Below are positions 18,346-28,141 of a stretch of 64,000 nt of DNA, in pieces. Position 1 is the stretch's first letter. Each line of letters starts with the position of its first letter. The notes beneath the pieces were generated by a model. That model made no database searches, was not told the DNA's origin, and saw only the letters and a program-made list of their open reading frames with translations. The translations under genes were made by a program, and so were the position numbers. Source of the DNA: Candidatus Micrarchaeota archaeon (GTDB lineage Archaea; Micrarchaeota; Micrarchaeia; Anstonellales; Bilamarchaeaceae); NCBI GenBank assembly GCA_043812915.1, contig JBDRLQ010000003.1, positions 192,102-256,101 of the forward strand, read 5' to 3'.

Positions 18346-19944
18346 TCAGGAGTGCTCGATGCACTCGTCGAGCGCTCTCTTCACTCTTTTTCCGTTTCTC
18401 TGCGCGAAAGTACAGAGCCAGGTCCACAGCTCTTTTCTCCCTGCATATGAGAGCCGCACCACATCCCCGATTTCCCTATCATAATCTATTATGGCCTTGA
18501 AGTCAGCAGTATTCCTGACAGTCCTCCTCAGGCTGCAAATCTGTGCAATGAGATTGAATTTCTCCAGGTCATTCCTGTCAACGACCTTTGAGCCGTCGGG
18601 CGCATGCATCGCCTTGAGCCTTGCCTTTATCTCCCCGATGGCATCATCGCTCAGGTACTCTATGATGTTGAGCACCCTATCCATATGGGGCAGAAGCGCC
18701 GGGTCAAGGTACGGAGCCCCCATCCACTGCAGCTCCAGCAAGGCCTTTGCCCTGTCTATTGATGCGTCTTTCACACCCACCACTCCGATGACCGCCCTCA
18801 GCCCGGGCGGCAGATGCTTCATCGCCTCCTTTTTTAGCTCAAGCGCGATATCCCACACGTCGCCAGTGCTGTTTGTCCTGTAGGTCGTGTGCCCGGCAAC
18901 CGGGCGGAACTGCCCTTTTGCGCCCAGCCTCTGGCCCACATTCCAGAACGTATCGGCAGTCGCGCGGAGAATCCTGTCGTTTGCCGGGTTGCCCATGAAC
19001 GTGTTGCCATCTGACTGCCCAAGCACCCCTGTCAGCACACCTGCCCACCCCTTCCTTGTCTTTGGAAGATACTTCCTGAGCGCCCATGTGTCCGCCGGTT
19101 TATCAGTTGCTATCTTCATCTGGAAAAGGTTCCCGCTGATGCTCACCGCCCCCATGTTTAGGTCGCTGAAACCGAAAGGTGTGATCATCCCATCCGGTAT
19201 ATCATTAATCCTGAAACAGCCTGGCCTGTCCCCAAGCTCCCTTTCTATCTTCGCCATCTCAAGGCTGCGCAGCTGCTGCTGCACATAGCCTTCGGGCATG
19301 TTTGCATCAACTACAAGTTCATCGGTAAGCGAAAGGTGCCAGGCTAGCGTGAGCTGCCAGTGGCGCAGGACGTTCCCGAACTTCTGGAGATTCTGTTCAA
19401 TCTCCCTGGTGGATCCATCCTCATTCTCAACTTCAATAGTATATCTGAGCTTCGAGCGGTCAATCTTATATCCCAGCTCGCAGTATTTCTTCCTCATGGC
19501 CTTTTCGGTGATTCCCCTTGAGACTGGCGATGCCATCACTATGCGCGATTCATCCGACTGCTGCTGGCGCACCAGGCGCACCATATGGATTCCTTCGCCG
19601 TTCATTGCCATGATTACTGCAGGCACGTGCTGGTGATGCCCTGCAAGGCAGGCTTCCCCGCCTCCGTCCCTTCCCTGGAAGTTGTTGAGCGCTGTGAGCT
19701 TGCACTTATCCGACTCACCAAGATTAATGTATATCTTCCCATAGATTTCGGCATACTGCCTGATGCGCCCCTCTGCCTCGGCAAGCGCCATCGCGGACGT
19801 CCGCCCTCCCCTTCCTGTCGGGTCGCAGACCTCCCACTGGGGCAACTCGATTAGCGGGGATTCTTTTCCACGAGAAACAGCCTGGGGGCGTGCCGTAGCG
19901 GCCCGCTCATTTGTTCCACTGGATATCTTATTTTTCGCTATCAT
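18346..19944 (-). CDS. Hypothetical protein (orphan, 532 aa)
   Basis: Long ORF, upstream TATA-like boxes; no recognised motif. Confidence 0.8.
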   Translation of the reverse strand: MIAKNKISSGTNERAATARPQAVSRGKESPLIELPQWEVCDPTGRGGRTSAMALAEAEGRIRQYAEIYGKIYINLGESDKCKLTALNNFQGRDGGGEACLAGHHQHVPAVIMAMNGEGIHMVRLVRQQQSDESRIVMASPVSRGITEKAMRKKYCELGYKIDRSKLRYTIEVENEDGSTREIEQNLQKFGNVLRHWQLTLAWHLSLTDELVVDANMPEGYVQQQLRSLEMAKIERELGDRPGCFRINDIPDGMITPFGFSDLNMGAVSISGNLFQMKIATDKPADTWALRKYLPKTRKGWAGVLTGVLGQSDGNTFMGNPANDRILRATADTFWNVGQRLGAKGQFRPVAGHTTYRTNSTGDVWDIALELKKEAMKHLPPGLRAVIGVVGVKDASIDRAKALLELQWMGAPYLDPALLPHMDRVLNIIEYLSDDAIGEIKARLKAMHAPDGSKVVDRNDLEKFNLIAQICSLRRTVRNTADFKAIIDYDREIGDVVRLSYAGRKELWTWLCTFAQRNGKRVKRALDECIEHS

Positions 19945-20103
19945 TTTCGGGGTCTCTGGTGTGGGTTTATATAGGATATTATATGCGCAGAAAGGTTTAT
20001 AAATAGCTAACCATCATTTTTCATCCTTTATAACAGCCACTACGACGGTATCTTTTTCAACCTTCCCGTGTTATTCCCTCTGTTTCCGTTCATCGGTGGT
20101 AAT

Positions 20104-21993
20104 ATGGAAAGAATCCTTACTGGAAAACCAGGCCAGAAGCTGCTCCTTCTGGGGAACGAGGCCGTTGTCAGGGGCGCTCTGGAGGCCGGCGTAGGTCTGG
20201 CCTCCACATATCCAGGAACCCCAGCATCTGAAATCGGCGATACCTTCGCTGCATTGGCCAAGAGGGCGGGCATCTATTTCGAATACTGCACCAATGAGAA
20301 AGTCGCGACGGAGGTCGCGGCGGCTGCGGCATTTGCCGGGCTGAGGAGCATTGTGAGCTACAAGCACTTCGGGCTGAATGTCGCCACAGACAGCGTCTTT
20401 CCGCTCGCGTATCATGGGGTTCGCGGCGGCATGGTGATTGCTTTCTCCGATGACCCGCAGTGCTGGAGCTCGGGCCAGAGCGAGCAGGATTCCAGGGATT
20501 ACGCGAAAATCGCGCACATGCCCATGCTTGAGCCTTCCAATTCACAGGAATGCAAGGATTTCACGAAGGCGGCATTGGAGCTTTCCGAGAAAATTGGAAT
20601 TCCCGTCCTTATCAGGCTAACTACTCGGGTCACCCACACAAGAAATGTGGTCAGGCTCGGAAAAGTGAAGAAAGGGAAAACAAAAGGAGATTTCCCAAAA
20701 GGGTATGCTGCAGGGAGCAAATGGAGGAATATGCCCCCGAAAATTTTGCAGGTGCATGAAGAGCTCAACCGGAAGCTCTCAAGGCTTGCGGCTACGGATG
20801 GAGGGAAATTCACAAAGCTAATTGGAAAGAAACTCGGCCCGTTCGGAATAATCTCTAGCGGGGTCGCGGCCGAGCATGCCCAGGAGGCTCTACATGCCCT
20901 TGGCATAAATGCCCAGCTCCTCAAAATCGGGATGAGCTGGCCAGTCCCAGAAAAGGAAATCCGCGCTTTCATCAAGCCCCTCAAAGAAGTGTTTGTCGTA
21001 GAGGAGCTTGAGCCCATTCTTGAGCGGGAAATCACAGGGCTGGCAAAGGACACAAATCCAAAGCTGAAGATCCATGGGAAGGACGTTCTGCCGACCAATG
21101 GGGAGCTGAATCCGGGCATGCTGATGCTCGCGCTTGCGAAGCTCAAAGGCAGGAGGCTTTCCGAGCTGGCCAATCACATGAAAAAGTTCGCGAAACTGAA
21201 GCCGCCGCCCCGGCAGCCGGTCTTCTGCCCCGGCTGCCCCCACCGCTCCACGTTCTACGCGGTTAGGAAGGCGGCCCCTAAGAATACTGTTTTCGGAGGG
21301 GACATCGGCTGTTACATCCTCGGCATTTTCGAGCCGCACGAGACTCAGGACTTCGTGATAAGCATGGGCGCGACCAATGGAATCTGCCATGGGCTCTCCA
21401 AGGTGACGAAACAGCCGGTAATAAGCTTTCTTGGGGATAGCACGTTCTTCCACGCAGGCTTTCCGGGCATTGCGAACATGGTGTTCAACAAGTCCTCCCC
21501 ATTGGTGGTAATCCTTGACAACCGCATAACCGCGATGACTGGCCACCAGCCGAATCCGGGCATGGGGCGAACCGGCATGGGCGAAAAGACAAAGGAAATC
21601 TCGATTGAGGATGTCGTAAAAGCATGCCAGGCGGATGAGGTCGTGGTCACAAATTCCTTCAATGTAAGCCAGACGGAAAAGGCGGCCAGGGATCTGCTGA
21701 AGAAGAAGGGCGTGAAGGTGCTTATCTCCAAAGGGGAGTGCAGGCTGCTCTACCGCAGGAGGATGCGGAAGAATGGCGTGAATCTGCCGGTATTCGAAAT
21801 CGACCCTGAGAAATGCCAGGAGTGCGGGGATTGCATAATGGCTTTTGGCTGCCCGGCCATCCACAGGGACGGGAAGGGGAAATACTACATAGACGGCGAT
21901 TTCTGCTGGGGCTGCGGGGTGTGCGCGCAGGTATGCCCGAAAGGAGCCATCAAGGTTAAAATCAGGACCGGCGGCAAGGAGGTGGAGGGATGA
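20104..21993 (+). CDS. iorA: Indolepyruvate:ferredoxin oxidoreductase alpha subunit
   Basis: LLGNEAVVRG, YPGTPASEI, NEKVA, FCPGCPHR, GDIGCY, GDSTFFH, TAMTGHQP, C-terminal 4Fe-4S motifs. Confidence 0.97.
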   Translation: MERILTGKPGQKLLLLGNEAVVRGALEAGVGLASTYPGTPASEIGDTFAALAKRAGIYFEYCTNEKVATEVAAAAAFAGLRSIVSYKHFGLNVATDSVFPLAYHGVRGGMVIAFSDDPQCWSSGQSEQDSRDYAKIAHMPMLEPSNSQECKDFTKAALELSEKIGIPVLIRLTTRVTHTRNVVRLGKVKKGKTKGDFPKGYAAGSKWRNMPPKILQVHEELNRKLSRLAATDGGKFTKLIGKKLGPFGIISSGVAAEHAQEALHALGINAQLLKIGMSWPVPEKEIRAFIKPLKEVFVVEELEPILEREITGLAKDTNPKLKIHGKDVLPTNGELNPGMLMLALAKLKGRRLSELANHMKKFAKLKPPPRQPVFCPGCPHRSTFYAVRKAAPKNTVFGGDIGCYILGIFEPHETQDFVISMGATNGICHGLSKVTKQPVISFLGDSTFFHAGFPGIANMVFNKSSPLVVILDNRITAMTGHQPNPGMGRTGMGEKTKEISIEDVVKACQADEVVVTNSFNVSQTEKAARDLLKKKGVKVLISKGECRLLYRRRMRKNGVNLPVFEIDPEKCQECGDCIMAFGCPAIHRDGKGKYYIDGDFCWGCGVCAQVCPKGAIKVKIRTGGKEVEG

Positions 21994-22598
21994 AAAACTT
22001 CAATCTCATCCTATCAGGAATCGGCGGGCAGGGGGTCCTCACGCTGGCCGCCGTTATTGGGGAGGCCGTTCTGCTATCCGGCTATGATGTGAAGGTGGCG
22101 GAACTGCACGGGCTTGCCCAGAGGTTCGGCCCCTTAAGCACGCACATAAGGTTCGGAAAGGACATCCACTCCCCGCTTGTCACGGAAGCTGGCGCTGATT
22201 TGCTGCTTGGCCTTGAGCGCCTGGAGGTGCTGCACACGCTGAAATACGTGGGCAAGGATACTGCAATCCTGATGGGGACGAGGGAGGCGGTGCCGACTAT
22301 CCTGTACAGGAAGAACATTCCATATCCACCTGTGGGGAGGGTAGTTGCGCAGGCAAAGCGGTTCTCCAGGCATATCTATACAGCCGATGCCGCGGAAAGG
22401 GCAAAGACGATCGGCGCCCCGGAAGTTACCGCTAACATCTACCTTGCGGGCATGGCGGTTTCAATGGGATTGCTGCCACTTAAAGAAAGCAAATTCGAGG
22501 ATGCGATGCGCGCCCTGATGCCCAAGAAATTCCTGGAGATGAACCTGGAAGTGTTCCGGCTGGGGATAAAAGACGGAAGAAATATGAAAAAGCGCTAG
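21990..22598 (+). CDS. iorB: Indolepyruvate:ferredoxin oxidoreductase beta subunit
   Basis: GIGGQGVL, ELHGLAQRFG, HIRFG; ATGA overlap with iorA. Confidence 0.96.
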   Translation: MKNFNLILSGIGGQGVLTLAAVIGEAVLLSGYDVKVAELHGLAQRFGPLSTHIRFGKDIHSPLVTEAGADLLLGLERLEVLHTLKYVGKDTAILMGTREAVPTILYRKNIPYPPVGRVVAQAKRFSRHIYTADAAERAKTIGAPEVTANIYLAGMAVSMGLLPLKESKFEDAMRALMPKKFLEMNLEVFRLGIKDGRNMKKR

Positions 22599-23419
22599 CG
22601 TGTCCTTCCAGGCACTCCGCATGACACTCTTCTGAATCCCAGCTGGTATGCGGCCCTCCCATAGAATTCGAAACGCTCTGCATCCACATACTCCGAGACT
22701 GGCGGGTGCTTCGCGCTGGGCCTGAAATATTGCAGCAGTTTCAGCTCTTCGACGCCCGCCCTGCGAACGAGCCTCATGGCGCCAAGGACTTCCCCCCAGC
22801 TCTCGCCCATTCCGACGAGCATGGATGAGCAGGTGGTGATATCAGGATTGCTCTCCCTAATTCTTTCCAGCACATTCAGCGAGCGCCTGAATCCAAGGCG
22901 CTCATTTCTCCCTGATTGGAGCTGCTTCCTGACCCCGCCCATATTGTGGCTTATCACATCCGGGCTGGAGGCGACCAGCCTTTCGACAGTCCCTCGCTCT
23001 GCCCTGAAGTCCGGGATGGAGGCCTCGACAATAGCCCAAGGCCGCCTTTTCTTGATTTCAGAAACCGTCCTTGCGAAATGCCCCGCGCCACCGTCCTTCA
23101 AGTCATCCCTGTGGACGGAAGTCAAAATCACGTTGTCAAGGGCCAGCTCGTCCACCGCATGCGCTATTTTCACCGGCTCCCGCGTATCAGGCCTTGGCGG
23201 CCTCCGCGAGTGCGGCACCCCGCAGAATGCGCAGCCTCTTGTGCACCGGTCTCCAAGCAGCCTGAAGCTGACCGCTTTTGGGAGCGCCATGCCGGCAGGC
23301 GGGATGTTGTGCCTGTATTGGAAAGCGGAAGCTATAGCGTGCTTCTCCAGAACCTCGCGCACATATCTCCCAAGGGCTGTCTGATAGCGAGGCCTGTCCG
23401 TAGCGGAACGTCTGACCAT
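22595..23419 (-). CDS. LipA-like radical SAM protein lacking auxiliary-cluster ligands
   Basis: LGDRCTRGCAFC, LTSVHRDDLKDGGAGHFA, IPDF, QYFRPS..H.PV; no CX4CX5C, no RSSY. Confidence 0.85.
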   Translation of the reverse strand: MVRRSATDRPRYQTALGRYVREVLEKHAIASAFQYRHNIPPAGMALPKAVSFRLLGDRCTRGCAFCGVPHSRRPPRPDTREPVKIAHAVDELALDNVILTSVHRDDLKDGGAGHFARTVSEIKKRRPWAIVEASIPDFRAERGTVERLVASSPDVISHNMGGVRKQLQSGRNERLGFRRSLNVLERIRESNPDITTCSSMLVGMGESWGEVLGAMRLVRRAGVEELKLLQYFRPSAKHPPVSEYVDAERFEFYGRAAYQLGFRRVSCGVPGRTR

Positions 23420-23440
23420 GAACAGTAAGCCACGCCATAG

Positions 23441-23448
23441 TTTATAAA
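23441..23448. promoter_or_regulatory. Palindromic TATA box TTTATAAA centred between divergent genes
   Basis: Exactly 21 nt from both ATG 23419 (-) and ATG 23470 (+). Confidence 0.6.
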
Positions 23449-23469
23449 TGTTTTTTCAGAAGTCTGCAT

Positions 23470-26400
23470 ATGAGGATTATTGTTATATTTTTACTGGGTT
23501 TGTTGTTTCTATCAGGCGTCTCCTTTTCTCTGACGAACGTCGTCGGATGCATGAATATCACATCATCCGACTATTATATCCTGAACAATGACCTGCTTGG
23601 CGCCAACATCACCGTCTATGGAGGCGGGCAGCGGGCATGCCTGAGGGTGGCAGCCAACGACGTCACAATCGACTGCGACGGCTACAGCATAACAAACAAC
23701 GGCGCCGCCTTCGCAAGCGGCATCCAGGTCGATGGGGTTACAGCGACCTCATACAACAACATCACGATAATGAACTGCCCGAACATCTCAGTCTATACGA
23801 ATTCAGGCGTCTATGTCGACTATACGGGAAACAGCACAATCAGGAACGTCACTTCCTACGGCAACACGCAGAACGGTTTTTACCTGGATGAGTCTCACAA
23901 CAACAGCATCTCAAACTGCACTGCCCACAGCAACAACAACCGCGGCTTCCTCATTTGGAACTCAGACTCCAACAACGTTAGCAATAGCATCTCATTCAAT
24001 AACGCCATCAGGGGCTTCGAGCTCTACTACGCCAAGTATAACCGCTTCGAGAACTGCACTGCCTATGATACCGCGGCAACGCAGGATTACGGCTTCTATT
24101 TCAATACCGACTGCGACTATGCGTATCTGCTCAACACATCCTCCTATGGCCATGTGAACAGCGGCTATTACATCGGTGGCACAAGCCAGCATTACATCAA
24201 CATCAATGACTCAGTTGCTTATGGGAATGCCGAGCGCGGATTCTATCTGGGTAGCACCTTCTGGATGAACATGAGCAACAACTCGGCCTATGACAATGGC
24301 TGGGACGGGTTCTATATCGATACGCCCTATTATCTGCTCTTCCATTACAACAAGGCCTTCGGGAACGGGCTTAGCGGGTGGTGGAGCAACCGCCCATGGA
24401 CAGAGAACGCTTCGCACAATATATTATACAACAACACCGTTGCCGAACTCAGCTTTGTGAGCACAACGCTAATCAGGTTCAAGATTTACAACCTGACGAT
24501 AGACAACCCCTATGGGGGGTTCCAGAATTATACCACCTTGGATATTGACGATCGGATTTACAATGGGGAGACGACGACAATCAAGTGGGACACCAACGCA
24601 TCCGCGCTCCCTGCCGGCAGGGGCTCATTCGAGCAGAAGATTGTAGACATCACAGCAACACCTGATACGGCAGTCCTCGAGGACATATACTTCAGATGGC
24701 CGGAGTCTGAGACAGCAGGATACAATGAGATGACTTTTGAGCTCTGGGAATACAACGCATCCGGATGGGCATACAAGAATGCAGCTTTGGGGGAGCTCAA
24801 GAACTTCCTGTATTACTACTGGCTAAATCCGAACAGCGATTACGCCATATTGGAAGGCGTGAGGGACAGGAACTGCTCATACATCAATGCCTCGGGCACC
24901 TATTTGCTGCCCGGGAATGCCGAGGGCGAGGGCTACAGCATAAGCGACTACAATACCGAGTATGCGTGCATATTGATTTCCTCAGATGATGTCATCTTCG
25001 ACTGCAACGGATACAACATCACCAACGAGCACGTCGTTTATGACAACGATTTTGCGATTTTTGTCAATGGAACCGAAGACAAAATCTACAATAACATAAC
25101 CATCCGGAACTGCCCCAACATCTCCGAATATGACGGCGGAATCACATTCGAATACAGCAACTGGAACACCGTCAGCAACGTGACCATTGATGCCGAGGGC
25201 CAATCTGCCTCGGACGGCGTGGTGCTCTACAGCTCCAATTACAGCAGTATCACGGGCATGCGGGCATACGACCTGTGGTTCTATGGTATCCAAATGATGA
25301 TGGGCTCGGGCTACAACAACATCTCCGACTGCCTTGTGGATAATGCCGAGAGCGGCTTCTATGTCCTCCACTCAGGAACCAGCTTCAATACTTTCGATAA
25401 CAATACTGCCAGGAACTGCGCGAATTCAGGGTTCAGAATGCTTGAGAGCGCTCCCCAGAACACGTATACGAACAATATCGCCCATGACAATACCTACGGC
25501 TTCGAGATTGAGGGCACGTACCATCACTTCGAGAACAATACTGCCTATGACAACACAGATACGAATTTCTGGGTTTCAATGTGGGCGTCCCCCGCCCCAT
25601 CCAACCTGACATTCATCAACAATACCGCAGATGGGGGCGGGGCGGGCAACTGCTTCTATCTTAGCGATGGGGACAACCACACATATATCAACAACACTGC
25701 CTACGATTGCGCAATCGGTTTCTCATATCTCGATCTTTTCGGCTTCCCTCCGGGCATGGGTCACAGGTTCTATAACAATACCGTATCGGCGAATGGGATT
25801 GGTTTTGGCATCAATCTGGCCCATAACAGCACTTTTGCAGACAATATTGTCATCGGAAACACCAATGCCGGCCTGGACATCGGCGGTTCGGATAACCTGA
25901 CATTTTCCGGCACCAAGGTATCCAACAACGCAATACAGGGGGGAGTCAGCATTACGGACTCGAACCTGTCCTTTACAGATGCCCACTTCTTTGGCAGCGC
26001 GGCAACGAGCTTCTTCGTTGAATCGGTCGCCTCCACATCCAATATAACCCTGACTAATGCCACTTTCGACAATCCGCAGGGAATCTATCAGAATTACACT
26101 AACGTGGATTTGAGCGACATTGTGGAAGTCGGCACCGCATACTACCTGAACTGGAGTTCCCAGCCGGCCGCCCTGCCAGCTGACTATGTCTCCTTTGCGG
26201 AGAAGTACCTTGACATCACTGCAACTGCGGGAGTGGTTTCAATAGATTCCATATCCTTCAACTGGCTTGACCTGGAGCTTCCTGGGTACAATGAGTCTGT
26301 ATTCGAGCTGCTGGTCTTCAACGCCTCAGGATGGACAACCCTCAACAACACCCCGGATACTGCCGCAAATGATTTTGTCCAAACGAACATTAACCCTGCG

Positions 26401-28062
26401 AGCACCTTCGCGATACTGCAGCTAAATGACAGCAACGGCCCGCAGGTTGCTTTGGGTGAGCCTATCAATGACTACATGACCAACAGCACCACCATCAATT
26501 TCAACTTCACGGCAACTGATGATCATGCACCTTCAATGAATTGCTCCCTGCTCATAAACGGCACGTACAATGACAGTTTGCTGGCGCTGAACAACACACT
26601 CACCAATATCGTGGCGTCAGTCGGGGAGGGCGTTTGGAACTGGTCCATCAACTGCCTGGATTCCGCTAACAACTCGAACACATCGGCGGGCAGGAACTTC
26701 ACTATTGATTTGACAATCCCATTCGTTAATATGACCGACCCGACGAACACCACATATGCCGTTGCGGCTGTTCCGCTCAATTTCATCGCCACTGATGACT
26801 TCTCCGGAGTTGGGGCCTGCTGGTATACCCTAAATGGCGGCGCCCCGGTTGGAATCGCCGGCTGTGCGAACACCACATTCAGCCCTGGCAACGGCTATTA
26901 CGATTTCATCCTGTATGTGCAGGACAATGCCGGGAACATCAATTCCACCAACACATCATTCACTGTGAATGCAGCCACCCCTCCTTCCGGAGGGGGCGGC
27001 AGTGAGGAGAAATCCAAGGGTTCTGTGGGCACCGACGTATCCGAGGGTGGCTGGCTTACTGTCACGGTCACATACAAGGGAATCGGAATCGAAGGGGCGA
27101 CGGTAGAGCTGTATCAGTACCAGCCTAGCTTCGGGTTCGTTGAGAGCGGAGCTACAGATGGGGATGGCGAGGCATTTTTCCAGCTTCCTGGCCCGGGCAC
27201 ATACAGGATTTACGTTTACGAGAGCAGCTATAGCTTCAACAACCCTTACCAGGCACTATTCGAGATTGAGATGGGCTGCACCGAGAATGCACAGTGCCTG
27301 GACAATGAGAGCTGCGCCCAGGGCAGCTGCCAGGCGGTATCAACTGCCGGCTGCGGGTACATCGCGAACCATACCTGGATAGGCTATGATTGTTGCGAAG
27401 ATGATGATTGCCCGGGCAATCAGCTGTGCTCTGGGCACCAGTGCACCTCCGGGCCGCATGTGGAAGGCTCCTGCAGCAACGACAATGACTGCGGCGGGAC
27501 GGAATACTGCGAGTCAGGAAGGTGCAGGCCCGTTCCTGGAGACTGCGGCTATGCGGCAAATCACATATGGAACCATTACGAGTGCTGCGCGGATGAGGAC
27601 TGCGAGTCGGACGAGGTGTGCCGTGAGCACGCCTGCATACCTGGCCAGGACTTCCACATAGAAACTGATGAGGAAGGCTTCATCGGGGACCAGCACACAA
27701 TAATTGTCTACAGGGACGGGCAGCCCTTCAGCAATGGGGAAGTGGTAATCGTCACTCCAGACGGCCAGGAATTCAGAAGGAGTGCAGATGGCAATGGCCG
27801 TGTGATCCTGCCGCTTGAGGTCGAGGGAGAATACGAGGTGCGCCTGCTCTTTGAGAATGCGGTTGTCGACAGCGCTGCAGTCGGCTCCCTGAGCAAGCCC
27901 ACTGTCCAGGAGGAAGACAAGCCATTCGCTTTCCTTGGTGATTTGGCCGTTGTATGCCCGGTCGCGATAATCCTGCTTGCGGCGATTGCCCTCTTCTACA
28001 TACTCTACAAGAGGAGGAAAGGCGAGAAGTTCCGGTCGGTCACTGCGAAGAAAAAGCAGTGA
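23470..28062 (+). CDS. 1530-aa surface glycoprotein: two beta-helix (PbH1/NosD-like) modules, Ig-like domains, Cys-rich repeats, C-terminal TM anchor
   Basis: Signal peptide; repeated N..A..N...GFY turns; DCNG module heads; ECC.D.DC repeats; TM followed by KRRK. Confidence 0.92.
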   Translation: MRIIVIFLLGLLFLSGVSFSLTNVVGCMNITSSDYYILNNDLLGANITVYGGGQRACLRVAANDVTIDCDGYSITNNGAAFASGIQVDGVTATSYNNITIMNCPNISVYTNSGVYVDYTGNSTIRNVTSYGNTQNGFYLDESHNNSISNCTAHSNNNRGFLIWNSDSNNVSNSISFNNAIRGFELYYAKYNRFENCTAYDTAATQDYGFYFNTDCDYAYLLNTSSYGHVNSGYYIGGTSQHYININDSVAYGNAERGFYLGSTFWMNMSNNSAYDNGWDGFYIDTPYYLLFHYNKAFGNGLSGWWSNRPWTENASHNILYNNTVAELSFVSTTLIRFKIYNLTIDNPYGGFQNYTTLDIDDRIYNGETTTIKWDTNASALPAGRGSFEQKIVDITATPDTAVLEDIYFRWPESETAGYNEMTFELWEYNASGWAYKNAALGELKNFLYYYWLNPNSDYAILEGVRDRNCSYINASGTYLLPGNAEGEGYSISDYNTEYACILISSDDVIFDCNGYNITNEHVVYDNDFAIFVNGTEDKIYNNITIRNCPNISEYDGGITFEYSNWNTVSNVTIDAEGQSASDGVVLYSSNYSSITGMRAYDLWFYGIQMMMGSGYNNISDCLVDNAESGFYVLHSGTSFNTFDNNTARNCANSGFRMLESAPQNTYTNNIAHDNTYGFEIEGTYHHFENNTAYDNTDTNFWVSMWASPAPSNLTFINNTADGGGAGNCFYLSDGDNHTYINNTAYDCAIGFSYLDLFGFPPGMGHRFYNNTVSANGIGFGINLAHNSTFADNIVIGNTNAGLDIGGSDNLTFSGTKVSNNAIQGGVSITDSNLSFTDAHFFGSAATSFFVESVASTSNITLTNATFDNPQGIYQNYTNVDLSDIVEVGTAYYLNWSSQPAALPADYVSFAEKYLDITATAGVVSIDSISFNWLDLELPGYNESVFELLVFNASGWTTLNNTPDTAANDFVQTNINPASTFAILQLNDSNGPQVALGEPINDYMTNSTTINFNFTATDDHAPSMNCSLLINGTYNDSLLALNNTLTNIVASVGEGVWNWSINCLDSANNSNTSAGRNFTIDLTIPFVNMTDPTNTTYAVAAVPLNFIATDDFSGVGACWYTLNGGAPVGIAGCANTTFSPGNGYYDFILYVQDNAGNINSTNTSFTVNAATPPSGGGGSEEKSKGSVGTDVSEGGWLTVTVTYKGIGIEGATVELYQYQPSFGFVESGATDGDGEAFFQLPGPGTYRIYVYESSYSFNNPYQALFEIEMGCTENAQCLDNESCAQGSCQAVSTAGCGYIANHTWIGYDCCEDDDCPGNQLCSGHQCTSGPHVEGSCSNDNDCGGTEYCESGRCRPVPGDCGYAANHIWNHYECCADEDCESDEVCREHACIPGQDFHIETDEEGFIGDQHTIIVYRDGQPFSNGEVVIVTPDGQEFRRSADGNGRVILPLEVEGEYEVRLLFENAVVDSAAVGSLSKPTVQEEDKPFAFLGDLAVVCPVAIILLAAIALFYILYKRRKGEKFRSVTAKKKQ
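27964..28026 (+). repeat. 63-bp direct repeat copy 1 (TM anchor coding)
   Basis: 62/63 identical to 33684-33746. Confidence 0.85.
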
Positions 28063-28141
28063 CGACTGCAGTCTTCAAACGTCTGAGACCGCGCTTCTGA
28101 GCATATCAGGGTTTATAAATGTTATTTCCGTTACTCTCCCC

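Noticed and set aside
27977..28141. N-terminal extension of the 1579-aa ORF
   Set aside because: Overlaps the previous gene and the TATA box; the signal peptide begins at ATG 28142.
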